Origin: Torpedo marmorata | Taxonomy: Eukaryota | NCBI GenBank assembly: GCA_977017645.1 | Contig: OZ360246.1 | Span: 19,282,001 to 19,346,000 of the forward strand | Length of the DNA: 64,000 nucleotides | Direction: 5' to 3' | The notes under the pieces: model-generated | What the model was told of the DNA's origin: nothing | Database searches by the model: none | What the model saw: the letters and a program-made list of their open reading frames with translations, nothing else | Translations under genes and position numbers: made by a program | Shown here: in pieces, positions 40,178 to 53,782 of the stretch | How positions within the stretch are numbered: position 1 is the first letter of the stretch | Layout: each line of letters begins with the position of its first letter

Positions 40178-43100
40178 CAGTGGTCAATTCCTCTGGCAAA
40201 TTCACCCAAATTTCTAAAGTCAATCATTTAAGCTTCAGGGGATGATGTGTCATTGGATACATGTTGCCAACCAGACACGAGCAACTGAAGTTGTAAGCCC
40301 TGCAGAAGGCTTTACTTTGACATTGTGGCACCATTTTGGTTCTGCTTTCCCTACTATCTTCAATACAATGCAAGGCTATTGGTTGGAGGGCGAGTTGATG
40401 AAGCATCGTTTTGCTTAACAGTGTTATGTTATAAATGGTAGGTAGTGTATTGCTCATTTAATACATGGGGAGGCCTATGGAGAGAAGTTCTAGCCATTTG
40501 CACATATCTGTTCAAATCCCAGTGTTTTAACTTGTTTATTTTTTTTTTTTAAAAACAGTACCTTGTCAGGTGTTATTGTATTTTCCAATTCTGTGTACAG
40601 AATATTACTGCTGTTCTACTTGAGATTAATAAGCTATTTGGTAAGAAAGTCTCAAACTGAAAGGCTTTAAGTTGACTGTATAAACTCAAAGTGTATCTTA
40701 ATACAGTCCCTAAAAACAATGCAGCTTTGTGCTCCTGTCTCATTCCTCGAATGCTCCACACCAGGTCAGGCTGAAGCCAATGTGTTCAACCATTATTTAC
40801 AAAGTTGTAAACCATGATGTTGTTTCCCTCTGCTAGTTTGTTGGGGAAACTGGTGGCAGGCCATTTGGGTCACACAGATCCAGTGAGCTTTGGAGAGGGG
40901 AAGCACGTGGAAGGTGCAGGGGATTGTAAGGGCATCTTAACCTTTTGCAGCACACCTGGGCTAGACAATGCCAAATTAAACATTAATAGAATCACTTCTG
41001 AATGTCAAGCAATGGGGAAAAACTAGTTGCTGGTGATGGGCAGGTGAATGTGTTTAAAGAACTGTACCCTTCAGCTCCTCCTTCAAGCAAGAAATCCCCA
41101 CAAGAATTCCTGTGTGAAGAGGAAATTTCCACTTCATATTGGTCTTTTTTCACATTGTACGTAAGTGCACATGGAAATAAACACTCCGAGACGGAGGATG
41201 AGAATTGGAAAATAAGATGGGGAAACCATTTATAAGTCAGGGTGGGTTTTGGGGCTATCAGAGCAAAGGTTGCCATCTAAAAATTGGAGGCAAATTGAAG
41301 CACCTTTCCGTGTAATGGCAGAAGATTGGGAACACTCCTTCTCGAAAGGCTTTGGATGCTGAAGGGTAGTTGGAACTTTTATGGCTAAGAGTGATGGAGT
41401 TTTGCTAGATCATACCCTGGCAATAAATTTGAACTGAGAGGTAAAGATAGTTTGACCCTTAAGTGTGGTTAAAGTACGGTGGCGGGACAGATTGGTCAGG
41501 GTGGCTAGCCTTGATGAAAAAAGTTGTTTAGAATTAATCAAACACAGTGTACATGGTAGTTATATGCAATTTTTACTTGGACACTTCACAGGATGGCTGT
41601 ATGCAAAATGGAGAAATCTCTAATGCATTTTAGGGCATTGCCTGGGTAGGAGGAGTTTTGTGGAAAATATCATCTGTACCACACTAGTATTAAAGTTGGG
41701 TATTATTTCTTCTCTGGAGCACAAAAATTAATTCCAGAATTAAAAATTCTCCCAAAAATAAATCGCAAACTGATGCACCACCAAAATTCACAGGTACATG
41801 GATTCCATTTGATATTTTGTCTAAGGTAAGGAAAATGATGTGGTTCTTTATCAGGCCAGAAATTGTATAAAGTAAAAGGTGACCTGCGTGTCTATCTTTG
41901 AAAAACCAGGAACACAATACTAGCTTTGTACTTGAGGAAGAGCTAAATAAGGAGGAGAAAACCACAATAAGGGAATAGGAAGGAAAGAAAGAAGCATTTC
42001 TGACGGAGGCTAGGCCCAGATGAAATCTGGTCAAGGTTGTTGAGAGCAAGGGGTGAAGATCGTAGAAGATGTAACCATCATTTTCCAATTTGTCTGTGTC
42101 AATGCAGAAAATGGCAATGCTTTTGGGGAGGTGCAGTGGGCTAAGTACACAATAAATGTTGAGTGTTGGGAGGGACCTGTGAGTTTGTGTCTACAGATCC
42201 TTAGTCAAATAGGTTGTTAAAAAGGCTGAGACATAAAATGCAAGAGGTTTGTACTGTAACTGTTTAAGACAGTACTTAAACTGTGTACAGTTCTGGTCAC
42301 CGTTTTACATAAAAATAGGGTTTGTTTTCTGCAGAACAGAGGGAAGATTTATTGGAGGTATATAAAATTGAGGGGCCTGGTTAAAGCAAATAGAAAAGAT
42401 TTATTTTTCTTAGCAGAGGGATCAAAATCCAGGTGGCAAAGATCTAAAATAATTGGACAAATGATTGGAGGCAACTTGAGTTTTTGCACCTAGTTGGTTG
42501 TAGGGATCAGAACTTGATACCGAAAGGGTTGGAGAAGCAGAAACTTTCACCACTTTGAAGTGCGCATGGAAAGCTGCAGCCTGCAAGACACTGGACCAAG
42601 TGTTGGAAGGTAAGATAGAACCTGGTAACTACTTTTTATTTCTATTTTATGCAGTAGCTTGTTATTTTATTGAAGTGGAACTATGCATCTTTAAGGAACT
42701 TGATTTACTCGTTATAAATAATCTATTTGAAATTGGTGATAGTTTTTTTATATATATATACATTTCAATGGAGGTACAACTGAAGCACCTTTGAAGGTTG
42801 TTGATGGTTGCAGTCTGATAGGAAAGGAATTCTTGAAATTGCTGTACGTTGAATTTCATTAACCCACAATAAAGGATCATTTATAGTGGCTGATTAAATG
42901 ACCATATCATCTTTGGGATGTAGGAGGAAACTGGAGTACCTGGGAGGAAACCATACAGAAAAAGCAAGGGTGCTGTTCGAGTCAAGTTTGCACACAAGGT
43001 CAGGATTAAACCCAGGTTCCTGGAGCTACGAAGCAGCTTCACTACACAGTGACACCGTATTTGGGGAGGGAATCATGGATTGCATGAGATATTTTTCTCA

Positions 43101-46100
43101 TTTGCACCTTTTTGATCTCTTGCCCTTTTATTTCCGGTCCATTCCCAAATCCCATACAGAAGCAGCTCTGGTTCCTTGAACAGTGCTTTGTGAGAAAAGT
43201 TGCACATTATTTCCTTTAATCCACCATTTTCGTTTTGTCAAGTCCAACAATGCTTTGAGATATCTGTGCTCCTCTGTGCAGGCTCTCATTTAGTCCTTGC
43301 TTTTTATCACTACTGTATTTTACTGCAGCTGGGAATTAATACACCACTTCTCCAAACAATATTCAACTCTCTTTGGGAAAATCAATGCAAACATGACTGA
43401 TTGTGAGTTAGCAACAATGTGGCATCCCTGGGGGCTCAGCTGATCCAGAGGGGCCAGGAAAGACATTTGGTTTCATGTCAACCCGTAAGTTAGTTGGACT
43501 TTGAATAGGGCAGATCCAGTTGAGAAGGATGTAATGAGATTTGGGGACTGATTAGAACACAAAAGCCAGATGAATCTACTAAACCCTTTATACCTTTATA
43601 TTTTATCTTGAGTACTGTATTCAATTATGGAATCAAACATTGGGAAGGATATTAAGGCCTTGATTTCAAAGGCATTTATGAGAATGGTATTTGGATACTG
43701 CTTGTATATAGACAAACTAGTGAAGTTGTAGTTGTCTTCCTTGTATCAAAGAACGTTAAGAGTTGTGATGTGTTAATAAGAGAGGCAGGAGTAAACCAGA
43801 CAGCAATTCAAACCTGTTCTACTATTTAGTAAGATCAGGTTTGATCCCATGACTCAAGTCCAATTTCTTTTGCCTGTTCAAAACCGTTCTTTCAAACTTC
43901 ATTGAATATTGCTCAATCTCTCCTCAAAGATCATCCTCTTCATCCCAATCTATTTTGCACTGCCTCAGAAGCATGCAGATCCTTCTTCAGATAGAGTTCC
44001 AGACAGCACAGAGCAGCCCATAGCTACAGCATACATTTCTTACCTTTGAACTCTAACCCCTTGCAGTAAAGTCCAACATACTATTTTTGCCTTCCTAACA
44101 TTGTTGTAACTGCAGTTTCACTTTCTACTCCTCATGAACCAGAACACTAATGCCCACAGTACAGTTACTGTACCTTTTGCCTAATTTCCTCGCATACTCC
44201 ACCTGCCACTTCCCTCCCCATTCACTTCTTTGCAGAATTTCTGCATTCTCCAGCCAGATCACCTTCTTATTGACAACAAATTTGGACAAGTTGTTGCCTT
44301 CTCAGTCACTGATGCAGTAGTCTACCAACCTGAAAACAATGTTTAATCCCATTATTTTCTGAAAAATTACGTCTTTACATCATTTAGTGCTGGTTACATT
44401 CTCAAACATTATTGTTTCCTTACAAGAATTATGCTGATACTGCCAAATCATTTTGATTTTTCTAATTGCTATGTTACTACATCCTTAATGATTTTACCAC
44501 ATTTCACCAGCAAAGCCTCCAGCCTAATTTTGTGTTTCCTTACATAACCATAAGACCACAAGACATAGGTGCAGAAATAGGCTATTCAGCCCCACCATTT
44601 AATCATGAGCTGATCCATTTTCCCACTCTGCCTGACCTTCTCCCCATAACCTTTGATCCCCTGACTAATCAAGAACCTATCAATCTCTGTCTTAAATACA
44701 CCCAACAATTATACATTTGCTGCCTTCTAATCTGCTGGAACTATTCCAGTATCTAAAAAAATTATGGAATATTATCACTGCCGCATTCACCACAGCTGCC
44801 TCTTTTCAAACCTTGGAAAGTGACTATCAGGTTGAATAAATTTGTCCAGTTTTAGTTTCCTTTTTCAGTGACGTTAATGACTAAGCTCCTTCAGTCATTG
44901 TCCTTTCTGCAGTACAGACATTCAAAATATTTAATGTCTTAGCCACTTCTTCACCCCCATTTTAATTCTCCAGTCATTTCTTCCGCGCGATTCATTTATT
45001 TGTTGCTAATTTTTCTTATTTCACCATTTTTTGAAAATCACTTTGCTTCCGACAATGTCCAGTCTATTCTTCATGACAGTCTTATCTTATAAACCTTTTT
45101 TAAAAATCTAATTCTATCCATCTAATGCAGATAACTAAGAGGGTTAATTTTTTTCCCTCACAAGAATTCTAAAATATGTCTTAAATGATTCTCATTGTTT
45201 ATCTACTGGACAACCTTTTAAACAATGCATCCCTTAAACCTACATTATTAGTTTTAAATTGAAAATCCATTAGTGTGGTCGGAAACTAATGGTGCACTCA
45301 AATGTCTATCCGATTGTCTCTCGAGATGCACATAAAATTCCATCATCTTTTGATCACATTTCCCCTGGGAGATTCCTATGAGATTAACTGACAGGATCTA
45401 AGAAGTTTTTTTACTCCGATTGTTTCCATTACGAATTGTTCCAGGAAACTATCCATTCTCAAATATTACAGTCGTCAAATTATTAAAGTCAAAAGTTTAT
45501 TACAAGATTTTTGATCTTTGTTATCTCCATCTGTGCTGATTTCACTTCCTGTTCTCCTGGTCCACAATGATTCCTCACAACTACCCTTTGTTACAAGGAC
45601 TACCCTTACCCTCTTCCATTTCAATTCATACAATTCTCAAATAAACCTTGAATATTACATTTAACATCTTGTTTACCTTGTGTCTGTAACAGCTATTAGT
45701 AGGTTAAATGTACTTGTCCTTGGTTTGCCTGTTCCGTTACAAATTATTTGTGTGTGCAAGCAAAATGTCATTTTAGATTTATCACCTATTGACTTGCCTT
45801 TGTTTCTTGCTGCATTACCACCCTCCTCTTAAGCAGTCCCACAGGATCAAGGCTTACTTGCTTCCACTTCAGTTCTGTGGGTTCAGAGGTGGTTAATGAA
45901 ATGAATGCGAGACCTGTGGACTCTGCCACAGGTAGGACACGAGGTGCTTGACTGGGTAATTTGGAAGGTGGTGGGTTCACTTGTTTATGCTAGACGTCTG
46001 TGTGCTCAGGATTCTCAATGCCATCCCAACTGCTTGTCCTCCATTTGGAGTGACGCTGGGTCAAATATTTCCATCTATTGGCTAAAATAACATTCTTAAA

Positions 46101-47311
46101 GAAGCTTTCAGAACCCTTCTTAATCATTTTCTCTCTTCACCTGGTGTCCCTTCTTGTGCCAGTTTCAGGAATCCAATGCTCGACACATGAACAATGTGAC
46201 CTGCCATCAGCATTTAATTGGGTCCTCATTGCTGGAGACATTGGCCTGGGAGAGGACACTGATGTTGAATTATTCTGCTAGAGGATTTAGCAGAGTAAGT
46301 GTTATTGGACCTCTCTGGTGGCTGATGCCTGCTACAGGCAATCAATGTCTCAGATGTATGGGGAAATGACTGTTACCTGGTAGACAAGCTTTGGGACAGA
46401 TTTGATTATCTTCCTTCGATCACCAAAGGCAGTGTTGGTGGGACTGGAGGCAATCGTGAATTTTGTTGGAACTGGTATTGTACAATGGGAGCTCTGTGGT
46501 GGCTGTTGAACTGCAAGGTCCATCATTCTGTATGTTTCAGCAAATGAATTGGAGCTTGGCTTCTGAATACGGATATATGCAGCTGGGATCTAGGAATTGC
46601 AGGTCAAGGACTGAAGGTGGTGTGGTCTTAGTTTTGGAGTGGAGGTTGAACAGTTTCCATTTGTTCAATGGATCAGGTCCATTCAAACAGGAAACTATCT
46701 GGATGAGAGGTGCAACAATGCAGTGAGAAAGATTGGCATTGCTCGACCCCAGTCTGCACTGAGATGCAGTCTGTTATTAATCCAGTGGTTAAGAAGGATG
46801 CTCCACAATCCATTTCCATTGATCACTATCACAATTAAATTCACCATCAAGGAATAAAAATGTTTCCTCACACCCCTCCCCCAATAACTGGTGCCTGCAA
46901 GTCCTGTGTAGAAATCCCTTGCTATTCTTTGTGTCGTGCACTTAATTCTCTGGTCTGTTGGATCAATTTATGTGGTTCATATAACTACCAAGGTTATTAC
47001 TCAAGGTTTTGCATTTTAATTGGGCCCCTCGGCAGAACCTCCTTCCTAGACCTATGTTGGTTGTTGGTTCCTATGTGAACAACTGCACTTGAGATTCAGT
47101 TCTTCTTAACACTGGCAACCAAGCAGACATCACAGGCATCAAGTCTCTTGCTCACAACTATGTCAAATGGTATCTATCCTCCTGATTGTTGTCCCCTATC
47201 ACCACTTCCACTAACTACACTCTAGTCCTCTGTGCTGCAGTGACTTCATCAGATCGCCTTTATCAATGTGTAGAGAGGGTAAGCAATATACCTTATTCAG
47301 GCGCTGCCTTC

Positions 47312-47422
47312 TTTTTCTCATACCTTGAAGAAGGGCTCAGGCCTGAAATGTCGGTTAAATATCTTTACCTCCTATGGACGCTGCGAGACCTGCTGAGTTC
47401 CTCCAGCATTTCTGTGTTTTTA
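47312..47422 (+). mobile_element. Penelope terminus fragment
   Basis: ttctcataccttgaagaagggctcaggcctgaaatgtcgg...gacctgctgagttcctccagcatt. Confidence 0.65.
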
Positions 47423-50081
47423 AGAAGTACCTTGTGCCCTGTTGGACGGAGACTCTTGCATTTGCTACATTTTCCATCCATTTAATTCTGCAGCATTTAC
47501 GTCCATGAATATTGACCAAATCCAGGTGACGACCCAAAAGACATGTGAATCATACTGTCCAGATAACTCCTGTCCCTTTTGTTCGTTGTCTACTGACTGT
47601 AGTTCACAAGGTGCTGAAGCTCATGGCCAACGTGGCTGTTGGGAATCTGTGGTTTCCACAAACCTCCACACGTTGTAGTTACAACACATCACCTGCCTTC
47701 CCTTCACCATCAGATCTTGGTTAATATATTCAATTAAAGTTTTTACTGTTGATATTTAAATAAACTCATAGTATGTAACTCTCCTTAAGACAAAAAACAT
47801 ACAAAAGGCTGAAAGGCTCCAAACATTTGATAATACTTACTGCCTATGCTTCCATAAACCACAAGGCATATGACAACAGCTTCTTCTGTCCGAAGGTGCA
47901 TATAACCTTCAAACCATATTGAAGTACTGACCCTGTCCCAGCTGACAGTCATCACGACCTTTCCAGCTAACCAGTTTCACCTGCCTACCCAATTATCGTA
48001 ACAGCATGAGCAGGCCCCCTAATTACAAAAAAAAACATACTAGCAATTGATGTTAAAGTTCTGTTAAATTATTAGCTCTAAATGGTGAAGTAAACTACAT
48101 TTCAGATTAAGACTACTCACCCACCTGATGACCATAATCTTGACTTTAGCTCTCTTTTAAAGTAGCACTCTGTTCAAGCTCACACTGCGTAACCACAGAA
48201 ACAGAATCATGAACGATTTTAAAAGAATAAACAAAGTTTCTCCAGAAGGGTCAGTAACCCAAGTTATTGACAAAAGATGATGCAAGATCACCATTTGAGA
48301 GATGCAGACAGATCAAATAGCAATAATCAAAGCAGAATTGAATATAAACTTGGAAGGGACAAGTTGGGGTGGAGACAAATTACCTCATTTTGTGATTAAT
48401 CAATCTTTGACTCACCTTTGATCAATCGGAGTCAATGCTCAGGTTTGAAGGGGAGGGGACAGGTAAAATAAGGATGGATGGCAAGAATAAATAACCAGAA
48501 CTTTGTCATACAGGGGTTTGATTGTTTTGAACTTTAGAGCCAGTTATTTTTTAAATGCAGAAATGTAATAATTTAAAGACTAGTTAAGCTGTTGTTCTAG
48601 AATATGATTCAATAGAACTGCAATGGTATGGTTAAGATGCAACGTTGGATGTATTGACAAAGGATGTATATCACCCCATATTCTCCAACCAGTCCTGATC
48701 TAGCCTCATGATATCTCTAGATGGATTGGGAGAAAAAAAGGAAGATGGCTAAAAAGACATTCATTTGTTTATTAAGTGAAGTGACATCATGCAGTGCATT
48801 CACTGCAGTCAATTTACTTTGAAGGACAGAACTACGGTATTTGTTTTTAGGGAAATATGTTAGTTATTTTAAACATGCAGAGACAGAGAAAATGATCAGT
48901 TAACATTGTGTTTTTATATTGGTGTAAAAGGGAAGGGAGGAATATGTTGGCTAAGAAGGAAGGTGAAATACCTCCCCCAAATCACTACCACCTCCACCAG
49001 CTTTAAATAGTGCAACAGAATATTTAATACGCGAGCAAAACAGACCTTGGTTTAAAGCCTCATTGCCTGTGTGGCATATTGTTCAGCTCCAGATGGAAGG
49101 GGGAGGCGATAGATCAGCATGGTAAAAAGAACGAGCAACGAAAGATTCAATTATGAGATGAAAGTGCAATAGTTCTTTGAATGTCCAATTCCCAATCTTC
49201 CAATATCTTTATTGTAAGATTTTGTCAAAACAGCCCAAGGATTGATAGCATTTACATAGTCAGCAGCATATACATACACACGGATCCTGATTATAATCGA
49301 ATCATGCATAGTTCAGTCAAGAGCCACTGCTTATTTTTTTAAATCTACAGTCCTACTAGTTGACAAGTAGAACTAAATTCTGATTCTTGTAATAATGATC
49401 ATGTTGTTATCGTTGCATATATACAGCCGGTTGCCAGGCCACAATATTCTATTGTGCCATAAGATTATATTACATTATTAGTTTATTCTATTTCTTCAAA
49501 TGAACATCAACAGTTGATAGATGTTGGCATCAGAGATGCCTTTCAGGAAGTCATCAAGCCAGTGGCCTTTTGGATGTATATAAAGTATACAGAAGAGTGC
49601 AGATTTGGTCCCCCACAACACTTATATTGGGGGCTGGGCAATCCTTGATGATTTGGTTTCCTATGAAGCAGTCAGATTACAGTCAAATCTGTGACAGGCA
49701 GTTTCCAGCAGAGTGCTGTAGATTATATTCTTGTTCGACCAAACTTGATATCCAGCAGTAGCTCTTTAAAATAATGAAATGCAGAAAAGTTATGGCAACA
49801 CGGCAAACTATTCAAATCTGGGACATTTTGGAATTCCAGGAAAAGAAGAAAAAGTTTTAAAAATTTAGCAAAGGCAACAGGCAGTCCACGGAACCAGCTG
49901 TGCCTTGCCAGCACTGGTTTGTGGTTTATTTTTCATTTTTGATCCTTTTCCGTAGCATCAGGAACTTGAAGTTTCATTCCTTCATCAGAAGCATACTGAT
50001 ATTAAGTTCAGTTATAGCTTGAGCAGGCAAAGAAGATTGCTTTTGGAATAATAGCAGTCCAGAATAATTGGAAATTCCTCA

Positions 50082-50171
50082 TTAGGATCGATAGTCCTTT
50101 TTGCTGAATGGCTTGTTTCCCAGGATGCTATCGATCTCATGCACAATTGATGAGGATAACTTTGGAAGAAC
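50082..50171 (-). CDS. KCNAB2: KCNAB2 terminal coding exon [29 protein letters not shown]
   Basis: [17 protein letters not shown] separates beta-2 from beta-1 and beta-3; TAA stop; adjacent to CHD5. Confidence 0.92.
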   Translation of the reverse strand, partial: VLPKLSSSIVHEIDSILGNKPFSKKDYRS

Positions 50172-50925
50172 CTGTGGGAGGAAAATGATATCCATAATGT
50201 ACTTTATTTTATACCAAAGCCTTGTGGACAGTGAAATTGCACTCTAATCCCTGCAAATTTGGTGTACATTAAGATTTTGGAGAAGCTTTCAGGTTAGGAT
50301 AGTAAACCAGAAACAAAAAAGATTCAAGGATATACTCAAAGCCTCCTTTTTGTGTTAATTATATTGCATGCTTTCATATTTTCCCACTAACTTCAGGAAT
50401 GATGGCTCAAGGTGGAGAAGGATAGTTTGGGATGGTATTGAGAATCTTAAGGCCATCTTTCAGAAGCATAAAGAAGCCCTGTGTAAGTGATGGGAGGAGT
50501 GGATCACCTCACAGACCACCTGCTCGTCAGCCACCATCGATCCCATTTGAGGAAGAGTCTGCAGTTCCCACGTTGGCATCAACAGCTACCTCAGAACCCT
50601 CAAAGAGTTAAAGCGGGTCCTCCACAACCAGCAACCCTCAAAAACGAGCAAATGCTTGAAATATTGGTGAGAAAGTTTGAATTAAAGGAACCAGAATTGA
50701 GTTGGTCACTTGTGCAATGAGTAGAGCTCATCACCTTCAATCAGCCTGTATCTCCTCCATAAAACATGCAATTTGTGTACATTTTCAATGGTTGTTGTGG
50801 TTTCTTGCTCACTGAAACTCTAGATTTTAGTAAACAACCAAAATCAATGCGTTTAAAGTACATGTCCCTGCTGCTGTGTGAAGTAAGGACAGTAGCAGTT
50901 GCTTGGTTGAAGTTGCCATACTGAC

Positions 50926-51014
50926 CTGTATAGCTCCAATGTTTTCCAAAAGTTGTTCAGTGTTAGAAGCTCCTACTAGCACAGAACTAACACCCTCATT
51001 TCTTAAACACCAGG
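50926..51014 (-). CDS. KCNAB2: KCNAB2 exon [30 protein letters not shown]
   Basis: Manual translation; AG acceptor, gtcag donor. Confidence 0.92.
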
Positions 51015-51719
51015 CTGCAAGAAGAACACAAGACCATTAAGTTCTGAATAATGTGTGTAGGATGCAATCTGAAGTTTATGGTCAAATAGTCAACATGATA
51101 CTAATATGATAATTTGTTTGTTCACACAAAGTTAATACAGGCTACAATTAAAATAGTTAACAAAGCTAAAATAAATATTTATCCTTATTTCCATTGTTGG
51201 GTAAAGAAAGTACACACTAGCAATGTTTATCAGGATTGAGTCTTGCGTATACACCTTGGTTAACCAAGCCAGCATTTTCCCTTAAAGAGAGTGCAAGAGA
51301 GAGAGATTAAGGCCCTAGATTACTGTTCAGTTCTCAACAATAAAAAAACTGCATTTCTACCCCAAAATAGACTAACCAACACAAAAAACATGCTTCTCCT
51401 CACTCCCTCAGCAAGATCCTCGCATATTTTGTTCAACTTACTCTTGAGACATCACTCCAGTTAGTTTCTATGTTACCAGGTAAATCCTGCAGTCAATGTT
51501 TTCAGTTGTTGCAGCATTTTACAAGTAACCTCGTTATCTTAGTTTTTCTCTCCAGCATTCTCCTCAGCTCTCTCCAAATTATGGCCCAAAGATTTTAATT
51601 GCATGCAGTTTCTAACAGATCTCATCATGAGGGGGGAGATATTCTTGGCTGCCTTTCACATATTGGTTTTACAGGGCAGACCCTTTGTTACCCTATAATC
51701 ACTGGTTGCCGGTTTTGAC

Positions 51720-51985
51720 CGTGTGGTTTGTCTCTGTGATTAACTCAGCGGCCACATCGTGTGTATGCCCAACACCAGACTCCGGAATAAGGCGTTCTAT
51801 TCCAAACCCTGTTATGGGAACAGATTGCCAGGCAGTGAGGAAGATTCAAGGATGTACATAAAACAAGCCTTATAAAATTCAACATCCTTGTTGAGGACCT
51901 GGGAACCCATGGTCACTCAACAGTCAAACTGGAGATGGAGCATTCGAAACAGCGCTGAGAACCTTGAGATCATGCATTAGAACTG
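51720..51985 (+). mobile_element. Degenerate RTE-clade LINE 3' fragment
   Basis: GHIVCMPNTRL...FYS...RFKD-like translation. Confidence 0.45.
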
Positions 51986-52579
51986 GCCAGTTCTCAAGGA
52001 AGGTCATCAACTTTAATTCTTTTCTCTTTCCACAGACGCTGCCTGACATGCACAGTATTTCCACCTTTCTCTTTTATTTCAGATTTCTCATTTCCAGCAT
52101 TGTTTTTGTGTCTCTTCTTTTCTCTTTCACCTCCTATTTACATCTCCACCAGACATATCAGCTGGGGAAAACTAGACTTCACCACCTTCTCTCAGCCAAG
52201 ACAGGTGCCAGTCATTCTTTTTGGTCTTCACTACATTAGATGTTCCTTTTATTCCCTCTGTCCTTCCTCTTCTCTGCAATTGGAAGCACATTTACTTTTT
52301 AACTTTTCCTCATCTGATAGAAGCAATTACTGTTTCTTTCATGATAGGTGATACCCGATGTGCTGACTATTTTCAGCATTTTCTATATTTATTTCAGATT
52401 TCAAGCATCTGATTTTTTTTGCAACTTGATACTTACTCTCAACTCATCAATAGTTTCCTTGACAACAGAAATGATCTGCTGTAATTGATAAGTGTTAGGG
52501 GCAAGCAGTTAAGCTGTCTACTATTTTCTGCCTGTGCTTGTTAAAGAGTGCAACCATCATATACAAATGTTGCTACTTA

Positions 52580-52847
52580 GGGCAGCACGGTTGGCGTAGC
52601 GGTTAACGCAACGCCTTTACAGTGCCAGCGATCGGGACCGGACCGGGGTTCGAATTCCGCGCTGTCTGTAAGGTGTTTGTATGTTCTCCCCGTGTCTGCG
52701 TGGGTTTTCTCCAGGGGCTCCGGTTTCCTCCCACCTTTCAAAACGTACCGGGGGTGTAGGTTAATGGGGTGTAAATTGGGCAGCACGGACTCATGGGCCG
52801 AAATGGCCTGTTACCGTGCTGTATGTCTAAATTAAAAATTAAATTAA
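52580..52847 (+). mobile_element. V-SINE/HE1-like SINE
   Basis: Same family. Confidence 0.82.
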
Positions 52848-53461
52848 TCAAGAGAATCAAACAGTAATATAGAGCCTTGTGGAGAGATGTTGATGCAGCC
52901 TTATTTCTTGTCTTCAAACATCAATACTGCTGGAGTTATAGGAAAGAGGAGAATTTTTGCTGGGCTCAACCAGGATACATTGATGGATAAACACTGCAAT
53001 AATGCTTTTTCTCTCCCGAATACAGAGCAGCTAATGTGGTTTAAAAATCTAATTTAGTTTTGATAACGATCTCCTAACTACTAATGTGTATTAACTTTGT
53101 GTCAGCAAATAAATCAATCTTTTTCAACATACTGGTATTAAATTGAATCATTGGTTCCCACTTCCCAGTTGAAATTGTATGTAAGGTTTTCTCTTCTAGT
53201 CAGCAGTATGTCCATGTGAAACCCAAGATAAGAACAAAATGGTGAGCACTATTCCCATATATGGGATGTGAGCATTTGATCTTAGTTGTCTGAAGCCATA
53301 GTAAACATGTCCTTTTTTGTATCAAAGTCTCAATCATAAGCCACACACAGGTAAGCTAAATTGGGAAGCCTTTCTCTTGAAATGTAAATATTTGTCTGAT
53401 TGTTACTGTGCAGTACAATTGGGAAACACTTTAAATGCAACATGCTTTTATGGCAGTAGTA

Positions 53462-53782
53462 CAGGTTGAACCTCTATTATCCGGCGCTCTGTGGTCCAGC
53501 AACTCCCGTGGTCCGGCACATTTTGAATCTGCCGTCGTTAGTACAAACTCCTTACAGACAGCACGGGTTTCAAACCCCGGTCCCGATTGCTGGCGCTGTA
53601 AAGGCGTTGCGCAAACCGCTACGCTAACCGGGATTTGATTTGTGATATATTTGATCCTTTTAGCCCAGAAAATGGGTCTGATCGAGGCACCTACCACACC
53701 TTTGACAGCTATTTTCTGTGCATTTTGTGTGGTCTGGCAATGGCCAGGTCCCAACGTCGCCAAATTAAAGAGGTTCAACCTG
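53462..53782. mobile_element. Tc1/pogo-type MITE with a nested SINE head (about 53541-53630, minus)
   Basis: TIR CAGGTTGAACCTCT; TA flanks. Confidence 0.78.

Noticed and set aside
41000-48700. Additional gene between CHD5 and KCNAB2
   Set aside because: Only short ORFs and decayed LINE remnants; no recognisable exons
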